A DNA stretch of 64,000 bases from Mobula hypostoma (taxonomy: Eukaryota): positions 11,596,001 through 11,660,000 of the forward strand of contig NC_086101.1 in assembly GCF_963921235.1 (NCBI RefSeq), in the 5' to 3' direction. Position 1 is the stretch's first letter. Every line of letters begins with the position of its first letter. A program made the translations under genes and the position numbers. The notes beneath the pieces are model-generated. The model was not told the DNA's origin and did not search any database. It was given only the letters and a program-made list of their open reading frames with translations. Positions 1 through 12,384 of the stretch are shown here, piece by piece.

Positions 1-20
1 CTATGATTCACACTCCTCCC

Positions 21-2881
21 CAGTGGCGTATCTAAGGTATGGCAGGAATGGCATGTGCCCTGGGCACCACTTGAACAGGGGGCATCACTAAGCAGTTTCT
101 ATTAAAGTCAGACAAGCCATCCTCAGATAGTGAAAAAAGAATTTTCTTCAGATGTATGATCTGTCTTTATCATGGGTGAGAAGCACTAGGATGGCCTTAT
201 TTCAGAGCATTGTGTAAGAAGACCATGAAATGTTTCTTCACGAAGAAGGAAAGTGGAGCTGAAGGACGGAAGAGACGAAAGTTGGAGGTGGATGAAGCCA
301 AGAAATTGAGCAAGTTCTTCATGCCCTTCTTTGAAAAGCCCAGAACAAGTAGTTCGACATGTTCAATGGAGTTGCCTGCACCTGCTACAAGTTTGTTAGA
401 ATCCGAAGGTGGATCAAGTACAAATGCATCACAAACCGAGGAGGAAGTCAGGTCAGATAAATCTGAGTATGATGAGATTAAGAGTGAGGCTGCCACAGAG
501 AACGTGGACATGACAGGAGGGGAAGACGATGGTGGTGGTGGTGGTCTTGAGTATATTGATGAGATTTTACCTGATGTGATTGAACCTGACGACACTGAAC
601 CTCGTGAACTGGATGGTGTCAAAGAGTCTCAAACTGTCATAGCAAAGTGATTGAACAGCATGACATTGGATTTCTGAAGTTCGACAAGGATACTGGAAAA
701 GCAATTCTGCCTGACGCATTGAGAACAGAAATAATAAAGCCGGGTTTGAAGCATTTCCAGAACAGTGAGGGGTCTTTCCTACCGGCAAATAACCGCTCAA
801 CGAACAAAACTTGGTTCAAGAGGAAATTGGGAAATGGTCGTGGTGAGGAAGTGACTCGCTCATGGCTGGTCTATTCCCCTTCTAAAGTCTGCATTTTGTA
901 TCTGTTGTCTGTTCCATTCCCAGTCAGACCATCAATTCTCATTGGAGCTGGAAAGTGGATTCAACCAGTGGAAAGCACCTGAAAGGATTAGTGTTCATGA
1001 AAATGCCAAGAATCATCGGGAATGCTTCACACAGTGGAAAGAAATGGAAAGAAATTTAGCTGGAAACAGAGGAGTTATTCACGTGGTATTTGAGAAGAAA
1101 AAGCAGAAATGGCGTGATATCTTGACGAGATCCTTCACTGCATAAAATTCCTTGCGACTCAGAACCTGACTTTGCGAGGACACAGGGAGTTACTTCAGCT
1201 AGACGATGACTCCAGTGTGGGAAATTTCCTTGGCTTACTGAAAGTACTGGCCATCTTTGACCCTGTCATAAAAGAACACCTCACTCATTTGGAAAGTCAT
1301 CCTGGATCCACGTCTTATCTTTCACCAGGTGTCCAGAATGAATTCATCCACATGGTGGCATCCACTGTTCACCAGAGTTTACTGAGAAGCATTCGTAAAG
1401 CCAAGGACTATGGTCTCATGTTCAACTCGACCCCTGATGAGGCACACCGTGAGCAGATGTCAGAAGTAGTGAGGTATGTGGAAGTTGATTTTGAGAGGAA
1501 AGCAGTCCTTGTTAGAGAGTCCTTCCTTGGTTTTATCCAGATAAGCCAGAAGAATGCTGAGAGCTTGGTTGAAGACATCTTGAAACAGCTAGAGAAGGAT
1601 GGTGGAAGAATGATGGTCACGTTTTTTTGGACGAAGCTGTCCACGTGTTTTTCTCTCTTTCAACACAGTGCTGGGAAAAACTCAAAAACACCATGGCTAT
1701 GGTTGTTAAGCCAGAGTCTGAAACGAGGTGGAGTGCAAGGACAGAAGCACTGCAGACCGTCAACAAGTACCTTGAGGAGATACTTCAAGTTCTCCAGGAC
1801 ATGATAGACAATGAAAATGAGACCAGTCAAACAAGAAGTGACGCAAGGCAGCTGTACAACCGCATGTTGAGTTACGATTTTCTGATTTTGCTAGGATTTT
1901 GGAACAAGGTACTCATTCACATTGACCGTATTCAAAAGAGGCTGCAGGATCCTAGCATGAACTTCCACGATGCTGCCCTGGATTTGAAAGCCCTCCAAGA
2001 TCATTTTTATGATGAAAGAGAAGTGTTGGTCAGTGAGTCAATCAACGGAGGAGTCGGTCTCTGTCAAGAATGGAATATTGAAGTTGAAAGGTGTCAGAGA
2101 CAAAAGAAACGAATGGCTGATGAGAACTCGAGAGATGCTGAGTTAACAGCTAAGAAGGAAATGGAAAGAGTCATGAAGGGAACACTCGACCGTCTTCACA
2201 GAGAAATGGACGAAAGGTTCACTCATTCACGCAACACTGACGCCAAGTTTGGGTTCCTTCTCGATGTTGAGGGACTGTGTTACGGTGCCAACAGTAACGA
2301 CCTAAAGAAGAAGTGCGAAAATTTGGGCGAATTGTACAGCTCTGATGCTGATGGACAGCAGCTATATGAAGAAATTCTGGATTGCAGAATGTTGCTATCA
2401 AGATGGGTCAACATGAAAATACCAAGACCTGAAGAGCTTCTTGAATTTATTGTTCAGTATGGAGATGAGAGAGTCTTCCCCAATCTTCAGATTGCTATTC
2501 AGATAATGCTAACCATCACATTTTCCATCGCCAGCTGTGAGAGATGGTTCAGCAAATTAAAACTAATACTTTCATATTTGAGAGTCTCTATGGGTCAAGG
2601 CAGACTCTGTGATCTTGCTCTGCTGAGTGTAGAAAGAGAAGAAACTGAAAAAGCAGACTTTAATCACATCATAGACCAATTAGCATCAGTGAAAGCAAGG
2701 AAGGTGCAGTTATAATTTTCACGTAGTGCCATAATTTGTTAATTAAAAGATTAATGAGATTGACTTGAATTTTTGAGCTGATATTATGGTAAAGTTATCT
2801 AAAAGATGGGTGTCAGATATTTGGACAGGGGCGCAATATCAGTGCTTGCCATAGGCGCTATTTTCCATAGATACGCCCCTG
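21..2881 (+). mobile_element. hAT-superfamily DNA transposon (ZMYM1/DUF4371-type transposase), both ends intact, transposase disrupted
   Basis: 14-bp TIRs CAGTGGCGTATCTA (21-34) / TAGATACGCCCCTG (2868-2881), 13/14 match; perfect 8-bp TSD CTCCTCCC (13-20, 2882-2889); ORF pieces with RSWLVYS, RGH..GNFLGLL, YLSP.VQNEFI, TRWSAR and C-terminal ASCERWFSKLKLI (hAT dimerisation domain). Confidence 0.95.
226..2715 (+). pseudogene. hAT transposase pseudogene split by stops/frameshifts, with a probable internal deletion near 1600-1625
   Basis: Consecutive ORFs 210-650, 647-982, 942-1145, 1172-1804, 1627-2715 in shifting frames carry successive hAT motifs; the YD..M.G / C..H.LNL block expected after LEKDG is absent. 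Confidence 0.85.
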
Positions 2882-3153
2882 CTCCTCCCTTGGAGAATTT
2901 TTATACTGTCCCTTGTTTCAAGATGCAGTGTTTCATCTAACAGTCCCATGTATTAATTGTATTGTGCCCCTGAGTTGGTGTGTTCAGGTGTCAGACATCT
3001 CCAGCTGCCCACGTGACAATGATGCTTTCAGCAGGTGGGTCGGTGCCGAAATAAAACTTCAGTACCTACTCGGCCATAATACTGCTGATCCTTTCATCTA
3101 ATTATTACTTAAAGTTGCCTAATCAATGACAAATGAAGCTGTGGAAATCCTAC

Positions 3154-3269
3154 CTGTCTTAATTCCATCAACCGAAGCACTCCACGCTGTGCAAATAAAG
3201 GGACGATTGAATTTTTCAACCTGCAGAGCACATTCTGGCACAAACATTGGTTCAACTTCATTACCAAAC
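3154..3269 (-). CDS. TRIM-A exon 5 (linker before PRY-SPRY), 116 bp
   Basis: ttgcAG|G TTT GGT AAT...AAG ACA G|GTagg; FGNEVEPMFVPECALQVEKFNRPFICTAWSASVDGIKT; phase 2 to 1 matches TRIM-B exon 5 (also 116 bp). Confidence 0.85.
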
Positions 3270-3362
3270 CTGCAAATATCAGAGTGGTTTATAACTGAGC
3301 CTCAGTAAGTTTTGAGATATGTTACAAATCCATGCAGAGCATCAGTAAGATGTGTGTCCTAC

Positions 3363-3385
3363 CTTCCTCTCAGATAAGCTTCTTC
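3363..3385 (-). CDS. TRIM-A exon 4 (23-bp mini exon, EEAYLRG)
   Basis: tttcAG|GAAGAAGCTTATCTGAGAGGAAG|GTagg; phase 0 to 2, the mini-exon typical of B30.2-class TRIM genes. Confidence 0.8.
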
Positions 3386-3639
3386 CTGAAATAAACAAAA
3401 CACAAATCTAAATTGACTGAGATCGTCATCCACATCCTAACAGCAGGGCACACACAGATGAGGGTATTGCAGAAAGAGCTTAGACCCATGAGGGAATATA
3501 CAAGGAATTTCATGAAAAGTCTATCTTAACTAAAAGGATAAAACATACAGTAAGGACTGGCCAGGTGGTTCACTTCTATCTGGATAGATAAAATTGATGA
3601 TTGGATTATTTCAGAACTTTTCATTGTAATTTAAAGTGT

Positions 3640-4570
3640 AGTGGAGTTAGAAAGTTTATGAACCCTGTACATTTCTCTCTATTTCTGCATAAATATGACC
3701 TAAAATGTGATCAGATCTTCATGTAAGTCCAGATAAAGAGAAAATTAAATTAAATATATAACACAAAAATCATTATACCTGTTCATTTATTTATTGAGAA
3801 AATGATCCAATATTACATGTGTTTGTTGGAGAAAGTATGTGAACATCTGGGGCAATGCCTTCTACAAAAGCTATTTAGCGTCAGGTGGATTGGAGCTGTG
3901 GGTTGTAGAGGTGTCCTGCCCTTTTAAAAAAAGACACACAAAATCAGGGTACAGACAGAGCCAGCTCTTCTCAAGAAACATCTGTTTCTGTGTGCTATGC
4001 CTCAATCGAAACAACTTTGCGAGGACCTTAGAAGAAGAATTGCAGAGATGCATGAAGAAAAACACTGAACAAGAATGGTGTTCATGGAAGGATACCATGG
4101 AGGAAACCACAGCTCTCCAAAAATAAAACCATTGCTGCATGTCTCAAGTATGCAAAAGACAATCTGAATATTCTACAATGCTTCTGGGACAATGTTCTGT
4201 GAAGAGATGAGACAAAAGTTGAGCTTTTTGGTAGAAATGGACACTGCTATGTTTGGTGGGAAAAGAGCACTGCACAACAAGACCAAAACTTCATCCCAAC
4301 TGTGAAGCATGGTGGAAAAAGCATGACGGGTTGGGGCTGCCTTGCTGCCTTAGGGCCTGGACAGCTGGCAATCATTCAGGGAACAATAAATTCAAAATTG
4401 TATCAAGATATTTTACAGGAGAATATCAGGGTAGCACTCTGTCTCCTGAGGCCTAATAGAAGTTGAATAATGCAGCCAGACAATGTTCTGAAAGGCAAGT
4501 AAATCGACAACAGACTGGTTTAAAAAGAAAAATATTTATGTTTTGGAATGGCTGAGTCAGTGTCCTGATA
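3640..4570 (+). mobile_element. Tc1/mariner transposon remnant
   Basis: About 4205-4435 translates to DETKVELFGRNGHCYVW...FIPTVKHGGKSMTGWGC...GPGQLAIIQGTINSKLYQDILQEN (Tc1 DDE region); boundaries approximate. Confidence 0.85.
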
Positions 4571-5507
4571 AATAGATAATGATACGGATAATAAATGGAA
4601 TGGCGGATTGGATTCAATGGACTGAATAACTTCTGTCTCCCATGGTCCTTAAGTATTGCACTGTACTGCAGCCAAAAAGCAACACATTTCACCACATTTG
4701 TCAATGATAATAAGCCTGATACTGATTCTGAAATTTGAGGTTTCTAGCACAGCATCACATAAGCAGCATTAACAGACAGAGCATAGATTCAGCAGTTTGC
4801 TCAGGAAATGATAGACAATGAATTCAGGCGTTGTTAACGGGTGCAGCAAGTGGAGCAAGAGAAAGCTTGTGTGGAGCAGATGTACTGACTGGCCCGTCCC
4901 TGTTGTAGGACGGGATGTTATTCTATATTGTGAATATTCAAAAAAGGCTGCAAATATTCCTCAAACAGTTAGTTACAGCTGATGGGAACCCAACCTAGAT
5001 GGTAAACTTAATCGACTTCAGGAGTCCGCCTGAGTTCCCACTCCAGACATGGAGACCCTCACACCAACTGCACCACATGCACTTTCCATGGATGTTAATA
5101 TGAGTCATTCTTGAGGTGGCAGTGGATTCCACCAACATTGTGAACCAAAGGTTCATCTGGGGAACACAGGGGATTTGTCAGATTGAATTCAGTTCTGAAT
5201 TCCTGGGAAATGCTACGTTTATTATAGTGTTCAAAATCACAGTTTTTCTGAGAAATTATAATTTTTATAAGATTTGTGCTTTTTATTAACTTTGCTAAAG
5301 TTGTAGTTTAACCATCTGTACTTGTTTTTTTTTAAAAAAACTTGTATTTTCACAGTTTGTAGTGCTTCATGCCTACTTACCAGCAAAAAGTGGTATAGCA
5401 GTTAAATCTAAACACGAGGAATTCTGCAGATGCTGGAAATTCAAGCAACACACATCAAAGTTGCTGGTGAACGCAGCAGGCCAGGCAGCATCTCTAGGAA
5501 GAGGTAC

Positions 5508-5543
5508 AGTCAACGTTTCGGGCCGAGACCCTTCGTCAGGACT
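5508..5543 (-). ncRNA. Minimal type I hammerhead ribozyme motif (pLTR)
   Basis: Reverse complement reads AGTC-CTGACGA-AGGGTCTCGGCCC-GAAA-CGTT-GACT. Confidence 0.7.
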
Positions 5544-5983
5544 AACTGAAGGAAGAGCTAGTAAGAGATTTGAAAGTGGGAGGGGGAGGGGGAGATACAA
5601 AATGATAGGAGAAGACAGGAGGGCGAGAGATGGAGCCAAGAGCTGGAACCAATGGCATGAACATTGACTTCTCTAACTTCCGCTAATGCCCCACCTCCCA
5701 CTCGTACCCTATCCATTATTTATTCATATACACACATTCTTTCTCTCAATCCTTTTCCTCCCTCTGTCCCTCTGACTATACCCCTTGCCCATCCTCTGGG
5801 TTTCCCCCCCCTCCCCCTTTTCCTTCTCCCTGGGCCTCCTGTCCCATGATCCTCTCATATCCCTTTTGCCGATCACCTGTCCAGCTCTTGGCTCCATCCC
5901 TCCCCCTCCTGTCTTCTCCTATCACTTTGGATCTCCCCCTCCCCCTCCCACTTTCAAATCTCTTACTCACTCTTCCTTCAGTT

Positions 5984-6019
5984 AGTCCTGACGAAGGGTC
6001 TCGGCCCGAAACGTCGACT
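5984..6019 (+). ncRNA. Minimal type I hammerhead ribozyme motif (pLTR)
   Basis: AGTC-CTGACGA-A-GGGT CTCG GCCC-GAAA-CGTC-GACT: stem I AGTC/GACT, CUGANGA and GAAA cores, GUC triplet, palindromic ACGT in place of helix III. Confidence 0.75.
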
Positions 6020-6115
6020 GTACCTCTTCCTAGAGATGCTGCCTGGCCTGCTGCATTCACCAGCAACTTTGATGTGTGTTGCCTGATAGCAGTTAAACTA
6101 ATGATTTATCACTTT

Positions 6116-6250
6116 AGAGGTCCGCAGCTAGTAGTTGCACAATCGCTTTGAAGGTGTCCTGACGAAGGGTTTCGGCCCGAAACGTCGACTGTACCTCTTC
6201 CTAGAGATGCTGCCTGGCCTGCTGTGTTCACCAGCAATTTTTATGTGTGT
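6116..6250 (+). mobile_element. Short Penelope pLTR-only insertion with hammerhead (6156-6189)
   Basis: 14-bp TSD TGATTTATCACTTT (6102-6115, 6251-6264); about 40 nt of unrelated sequence precedes GTCCTGACGA. Confidence 0.8.
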
Positions 6251-6856
6251 TGATTTATCACTTTGCTCATTTTTCATTGGCTATGTATTAACAGATTACC
6301 CATGTGATGTAATTATGCAATCAGTGATCTGTTTAATTTATCTAAGGAATTTCTGTTATCTCAGTTATAAAAGGTGGTGGACTTTTCTCTTTCAGCTTTG
6401 CATGTTTTGCCATTCAGTCGCCACTCTGCTTTGCTCCTCAGCTCTCTATTTAGTTTGTTTAGTATTTGTATGTTTGTACTTTAATATAAATGATTGTTAG
6501 ACTTGAGATTACTCACCATTCCAAACTCCAAGAAGTATCATAAGGATCAGAAAATAAACAGAGATCCAACAATTGTTACCCAATATTTTGTGCCTGTGCA
6601 GTTTCACTTGTTGGCCGGAAGAAACTAGTCTAATCAAGGACAGAGGAAACAGGCAAACCAGTTTTCATTGCTTCCCCTCATGTTGTGTACTCTGAACTGA
6701 TTTTTGCTCTTGGATAATCTAGTCATGGCAACTGAATGTGGACACAGGAACCTTCAGTTAATGATCTGCTAAACCTGAGACCATTCTCAAACAAGTAGCT
6801 ATTTTTCACAGTGGCTCTTGTAACACACCGAATCGAATTGAAATGGAATTCCTCAC

Positions 6857-7090
6857 CTTCAGAAACAATACGTCATCTTTTTCATCCATCTGTTCCTGTA
6901 ACCTTGAGATTTTCTCTTGGATAGAATTTAAAGTCTTTTGAACCTCTTGAAAATTTTTCTCCATTGATTTTAGAATCCTCTCCTCTTCTTCCCTGAGATC
7001 TCTGAGTAACTGCTGCTCTTTCTCGGTGAGAATCTGGTGCAGTTCAGCAAACTGGAATGTGATGTGGGACCGGAGGTTCTGTGATTGTTC
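6857..7090 (-). CDS. TRIM-A exon 3 (coiled coil), 234 bp
   Basis: tgacAG|GAA CAA TCA...CTG AAG|GTgagg; EQSQNLRSHITFQFAELHQILTEKEQQLLRDLREEEERIL...DDVLFLK, 78 aa with no stops. Confidence 0.92.
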
Positions 7091-7204
7091 CTGTCAAATG
7101 GAAGATGAAGTTTACTATAAGTATTGTATTATATTGTCCTGCAACATTAAAGGATGCCACTGAGTCCAACAAGTCCACGCTGGTGCTCAGAGCATTCCAT
7201 AGAG

Positions 7205-10200
7205 TCGTAGAAAAGTGCATTACAGAAACAGGCCATTTGGCGTACTGGCCTACTCCCATCGACCTGCACTGGGAGCATCACCCCCCATATCACTATCATC
7301 CATGTACAGTACCGATCCAAACTTCTCTTAACTGTTGAAACCGTGTTTGCATGCACCACTTGTGCTGGCAGCACATTCCATACTCTGATGACTCTCTGAT
7401 TGAGGAAGTTTCCTCTCATGTTCCCCTTAAACTTTTCGCCTTTCACCCTCAACCTATGACTTCTTGTAGAGTCTCTCGACCTCAGTGCATTGTGAGGGGT
7501 ATAGATAGGATAAATGCCAGCATGCATTTACCCTATATACACCCCTCATAATTTTGTATGCCTCTATCAAAGAGCCTCTTAATCTTCTATGTTTTTAAGC
7601 AATAAAGTCCTAACCTATTCTATCTTTCCTTATACCGCAGGTCTTCCAGACCCAGCAACATCTTTGTAATTCTTCTCTTTACTCTTTCAACCATATTTAT
7701 ATCTGCCCTGTAGGTAGGTGACCAAAACTGCACATGATACTCCAAATTAGGCCTCACCAATGACTTATACAATTTAGACCATAAGACACAGGAGCAGAAT
7801 TGGGCCACTGAAGTCTGCTCTACCATTCAATCATGGCTGATCCTTTTTTCCTCTTCTCCTCAACCCCATTTCCTGGCCTTCTCCCCGTAAGCTTTGATGC
7901 CATGTCCAATCAATAACCTATCAATCTCTGCTTTAAAAGCACCCAACTACCTGGCCACCACAGTTGCATGTGACAACAAATTTCACAAATCCACTGCTCT
8001 AGCTAAAAAAAAAATTTCTCTACATCTCTGTTTTGAATGGACACCCCTCTATCCTGAGGCTGTGCCCTCTTGTCCTAGTCTCTTCCACCATGGGAAACAT
8101 CCTTTCTACATCTACTCTGTCTAGGCCTTTTAACATTCAAAACGTTTCACATAGATCCCTCCTCATCCTTCTAAATTCCAATTTCATTCCTGGAATCATC
8201 CATGTGAACCTCCTCTGAACCCCTCCAATGACAGCACATCTTTTCTAAGATAATGAGCCTAAAACTGTTCACATTATTCAAGGTGCAGCCTCATTAGTTC
8301 TTTATAAAGCCTCAGCATCACATCCCTGATCTTGCATTCTATACCTCTTGAAATGAATGCTAACATTGCATTTGTCTTCATTGCCAACAACCCAACCTCC
8401 AAGGTAACCTTTAGGGTGTTCTGCACAACGACTCCCAAATCCCTTTGTATCTCAGATGTTTGGATTTTCTCCCCATTTAGAAAATAGTCTGCACATTTAT
8501 TCCTACTACCAAAGTACATGACCATGCATTTTCCAACATAATATTTCATTTGCCACTTTCTTGCCCATTCTCCCAATCTGTCTAAGTCCTTCTGCATCCT
8601 ACCTGTTTCCTCAACACTACCCATCCCTCCGCCAATCTTTGTATCATCTGCAAACTTGGCAACAAAGCCATCTATTCCATCATCTAAATCATTTATATAC
8701 AGCATAAAGAGAAGTGGTCCCAACACTGACCCCTGCAGAACACCACTAGTCACTGGCAGCCAACCAGACAAAGATCCTTTTATTCCCACTCGCTGCCTTC
8801 TTCCAATCAGCCGATGGTCTAATCATGTTAGTAACATTCCTGTAATACCATGGGCTCTTAACTTGGTAAGCAGCCTCATGTGTGGCAGCTTGTCAAACTC
8901 CTTCTGAAAGTCCAAATATACAAAATCCACTGCATCCCCTTCATCTATCCTACTTGTAATCTCCTCAAAGAATTCAAACAGGTTTGTTAGGCAAGATTTT
9001 CCATGAAGGAAACTATGTTGATTTTGTACTATCTTGTCCTGTGTCACCAAGTATTCCATCACTTCATCCTTAATAATTGACCCAAAATCTTCACAACCAC
9101 TGAGGTCAGGCTAACTGGTCTATAATTTCCTTTCTGCTGCCTTTCTCTTTTCTTAAAAAAAATGGAGTGACATCTGGTACCATGCCAGAGTCCAATGATG
9201 TTTGAAAGATCATTGCTAATGCTGCCACAATCTCTAACATTATCTCTTTCAGAACCCCATGGTTCAGTTCATCTGGTCCAGGTGACTTCTGTACTGTTAG
9301 GTCTTTCAGTGTTCTGAGCACCTCCTCCCTTGTAATAGTAACTGCACCCACTTCTCTTCCTTCACACACTACAACATCTGTCACACTGCTAGTGTCTTTG
9401 AAGACTAATGCAAAATACTCATTTAGTTCATTTGCCAACTCCTTGTTCTCATTATTACTTCTCCTGTCTCATTTTCTAGCAGTCCTATGTCCACTCTCAT
9501 CATATTTTTTACATACTTGAAAAAGCTTTTTCTATCCACTTTGATATTATTTACTAGCTTGCTTTCATATTTCATCTCTTCCCTTCTAATGATTCTTTTA
9601 GTTGCTTTCTGTGGGTCTTTAAAAACGTCCCAGTCCTCTATTTTCCACTAATTTTTGCTTTGTTGTATGCCCTCTCTCTTGTTTTTACATTAACTTTGAC
9701 TTCCCTTGTCAGTCACGATTGTACTATTTTGCCTTTTGAGTATTTCTTCACTTTTGGATACATATATCCTGCACCCTCCTCACTTTCCCAGAAACACACT
9801 TCAACATAACATCCCATCTCCTGTACTTAATACTTTGAATTATGAAGGCCATTGTGCCAAAAGCTTTCCTTACGACTCTATTTATGGACCAGATCCCTTT
9901 GTTTTACCACACTCCTCAGTGTCCTACCATTCACTGTGTAAGACCTACCCTGATTGCTCCTACCAAAGTGCAATGTCTCTCAATTTTCTGCATTAAAATC
10001 CACCTACTATTTTTCAGCCCATTTTTCCAGCTATTCTATTCCCATTGCAAGCCATGATAGCCCTCCTCGGTGTACACTTCACTCCCAATCTTGGTGCCAT
10101 CTGCAAAATTGCTGATCCAGTTCACCACATTATCATCCAGATCATTGATATAGAAGACAAACAACACCGATCCCTGTGGCACTCTACTAGTCACAGACCT

Positions 10201-10615
10201 CCGGTCAGAGAGGCAACCATCTACTATTACTCTCTGGCTTCTCCCACAAAGCCAATGTCTAATCCAATTTACAATCTCATCTTGAATGCCAAGTGACTAA
10301 ACCTTCTTGACTAACCTCCTAGGCAGGGCCTTGTCAAATGTCTTACTGAAGTCCATGTAGTCAACTTCCACTACATTGCCTTGATCAACATTCCTGATAG
10401 CTTATTCAGAAAATGCTATAAGATTGGTTAGGCATGACCTACCATGCATGAAGCTATCCTTAATCAGTCTATGTTTATCCAAGTACTTATATGTTCAGTC
10501 CCTCAGTCTGCCTTCTAATTACTTTCTCACTGCTAATGTCAGGCTCACCAGCATATACTTTCTGGGTTTATTTTTAAAGCTTTTCTTGAACAGTGCAACA
10601 ACATGAGCTATCTTC
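7205..10615 (-). mobile_element. Nested CR1 LINE fragments: a copy at ~7776-9795 inserted into another (7205-7775 plus 9796-10615)
   Basis: RT motifs VTSGVLQGSVLGPLLF, KFADDTKIGG, VYLDFQKEFDK, KSPGPD, RPNLEYHVQFWSP; CR1-type 3' ends near 7210 and 7780. Confidence 0.85.
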
Positions 10616-11304
10616 CAATTGGGAATTCAACTCTTTGGAGCAATCATTGGAGCTGAGGGGGAGTCACACAAGTAGAATAAATCTGTGGGGTTTCAGGCTG
10701 GCAGCAATTGTTCTGTTTAGACTTTGGATCAAATTTTGCCACTAGATTTTGTCACAAAGATTTGGACAGTTCTCTCAAACAAGCATCAGCATTTGTGCCA
10801 GTCTGGAGCTGCTTATACGATCTGCTCACACTTTGTGTTTGGTTTCAAACTCAGCTTTGAAGTGGTCAAACGTTGCTGTGTCCAATTTAGTGGATGTGAA
10901 AGCTGTTTTGGGCTCTTTGCCTGAAGTGTTTGACCCATGAATCTGTTGAATGCGGACAAATTGAAATAATGGAATTGCATCTATCGTTGAGAAGCTAAAT
11001 TGAAACTGCCAGTGTTTGGTCACTGCACACTTGGATGGCAAAATGATTTCAACTAGAAGCAGCAAACATACAAAGGTCAGTTCCCTGGGGGAAAATGAAA
11101 ATATTTACGAAGACAAAGAACAAGCTGTGACCACCTATAAAGGCGAAGAGTTACAGGATGAAGTACGCACTGAAGACAGGGCGTCCATCATGTTCGGTTG
11201 CTTACAGACAACACACACAAAATGCCGGAGGAACTCAGCGGGCCAAGCAGCATCTATGGAAAAGAGTACATTCAGCATTTCAGGCTGAGCCCCTTCAGCA
11301 GGAC

Positions 11305-11930
11305 TGAATGGATGATACTGCAATGGATTACCACCAAAGATTTGAATATCTCTGTTAGGCAGCGATGCAATGCGCTGTCGTTGCATCACTCTGCCTGTTA
11401 CTTCCTCTTGTGTCCTTGCGGTATTTAGACCTTTATTATCTGAAATACAAATGTCATCATATCATAAATCAATGCTCTCAGAGGCACTTTGTGCTATCGG
11501 TCAGTGTACCTCCTTGATGCAGACTGCGAAAGAAAGGATGCATAAACACGAGGAATTCTGCAGATGCTGGAAATTCAAGCAACACACATCAAAGTTGCTG
11601 GTGAACGCAGCAGGCCAGGCAGCATCTCTAGGAAGAGGTACAGTCAACGCTTCGGGCCGAGACCCTTCGTCAGGACATGCATGTTCCTTTTCCTGTCAAG
11701 CTGAGCTTGTTTGTGAGGCTCTCTATGCAGAATTCTACTGTTGTTCCTTGACCTACGAAACCACACTTCTTAGACTTCACCTGAACAGGAATTATAGGAA
11801 GTTTAACAATATGACCAGGGCTGAGTTTGCTTTATTCATGGCTTGTTCTGAATCCGCACCCATATCAGCAGCTCTGGGCTCAGTTTCACTTTTTACAGTA
11901 GCGGCAAAGTTTCTTCCTTTAGCTCAAGAA
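11305..11930 (-). mobile_element. BEL/Pao LTR-retrotransposon gag/protease fragments
   Basis: LPNRDIQIFGGNPLQYHPF (DUF1759-like gag) and LPIIPVQVKSKK...QGTTVEFCIESLTNKLSLTG (BEL protease-like); interrupted by a pLTR insertion. Confidence 0.55.
11544..11676 (-). mobile_element. Short Penelope pLTR insertion whose boundary is the hammerhead motif (core variant GAAG)
   Basis: Near identical to 5410-5542; stops at ...CGTCAGGAC; ATGCAT on both flanks is a possible TSD. Confidence 0.8.
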
Positions 11931-12384
11931 TGAATTTGTGATTCAGTTACTTGTCTACTTTCCCCAAACCCTGGGTGTGTCTGAGAAGAGTAGGTGACTT
12001 ACGTAATTATTATAGTACGGTATAATAATTAGGGAGGGTGGAATGTAGGAGCCATGTATTCTGTACTGTACATTTATTATGTGTGTTACAGCAACAGTCA
12101 CATTAGTGGGGGCGTGGTAAAACCGAAGGGAATAAGTTACATATTAATGCTTATTTCATGGTAGTTTCTGGGTTGGGCCTGCAGAAGTCATAAATTTGCT
12201 GATCGCTGGGATAACGCACGATAGGCTTAATTGTATGTTTGCTCCTTGCTAATAAAGATCGAAATAAGGAACTCGACTGTTTGGAGCAATCATTGGAGGA
12301 GTGGGTATGTCATGCAAGCTCAGTGGAGTCGCAGGATTGTGACAATTGTTTTGTTTTGGTTTTGGATCAAATTTGGCCGTTATA

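Larger units (their letters stand above)
5407..6085 (+). mobile_element. Penelope-like element 3' end preceded by an inverted pLTR copy
   Basis: About 205-bp inverted arms (~5444-5647 / ~5880-6085); end of GIY-YIG ORF (GMNIDFSNFR*) at ~5656-5688; 12-bp TSD ATAGCAGTTAAA (5395-5406, 6086-6097). Confidence 0.85.

Noticed and set aside
197..622. Ser/Pro-rich minus-strand ORF
   Set aside because: Antisense shadow of the acidic low-complexity hAT transposase N-terminus.
5362..6500. Repeated ORFs containing LLVNAAGQAASLGRG / PDEGSRPETST (also at 11370, 12598, 38756, 38862)
   Set aside because: Translations of the non-coding Penelope pLTR repeat on both strands, not a protein family.
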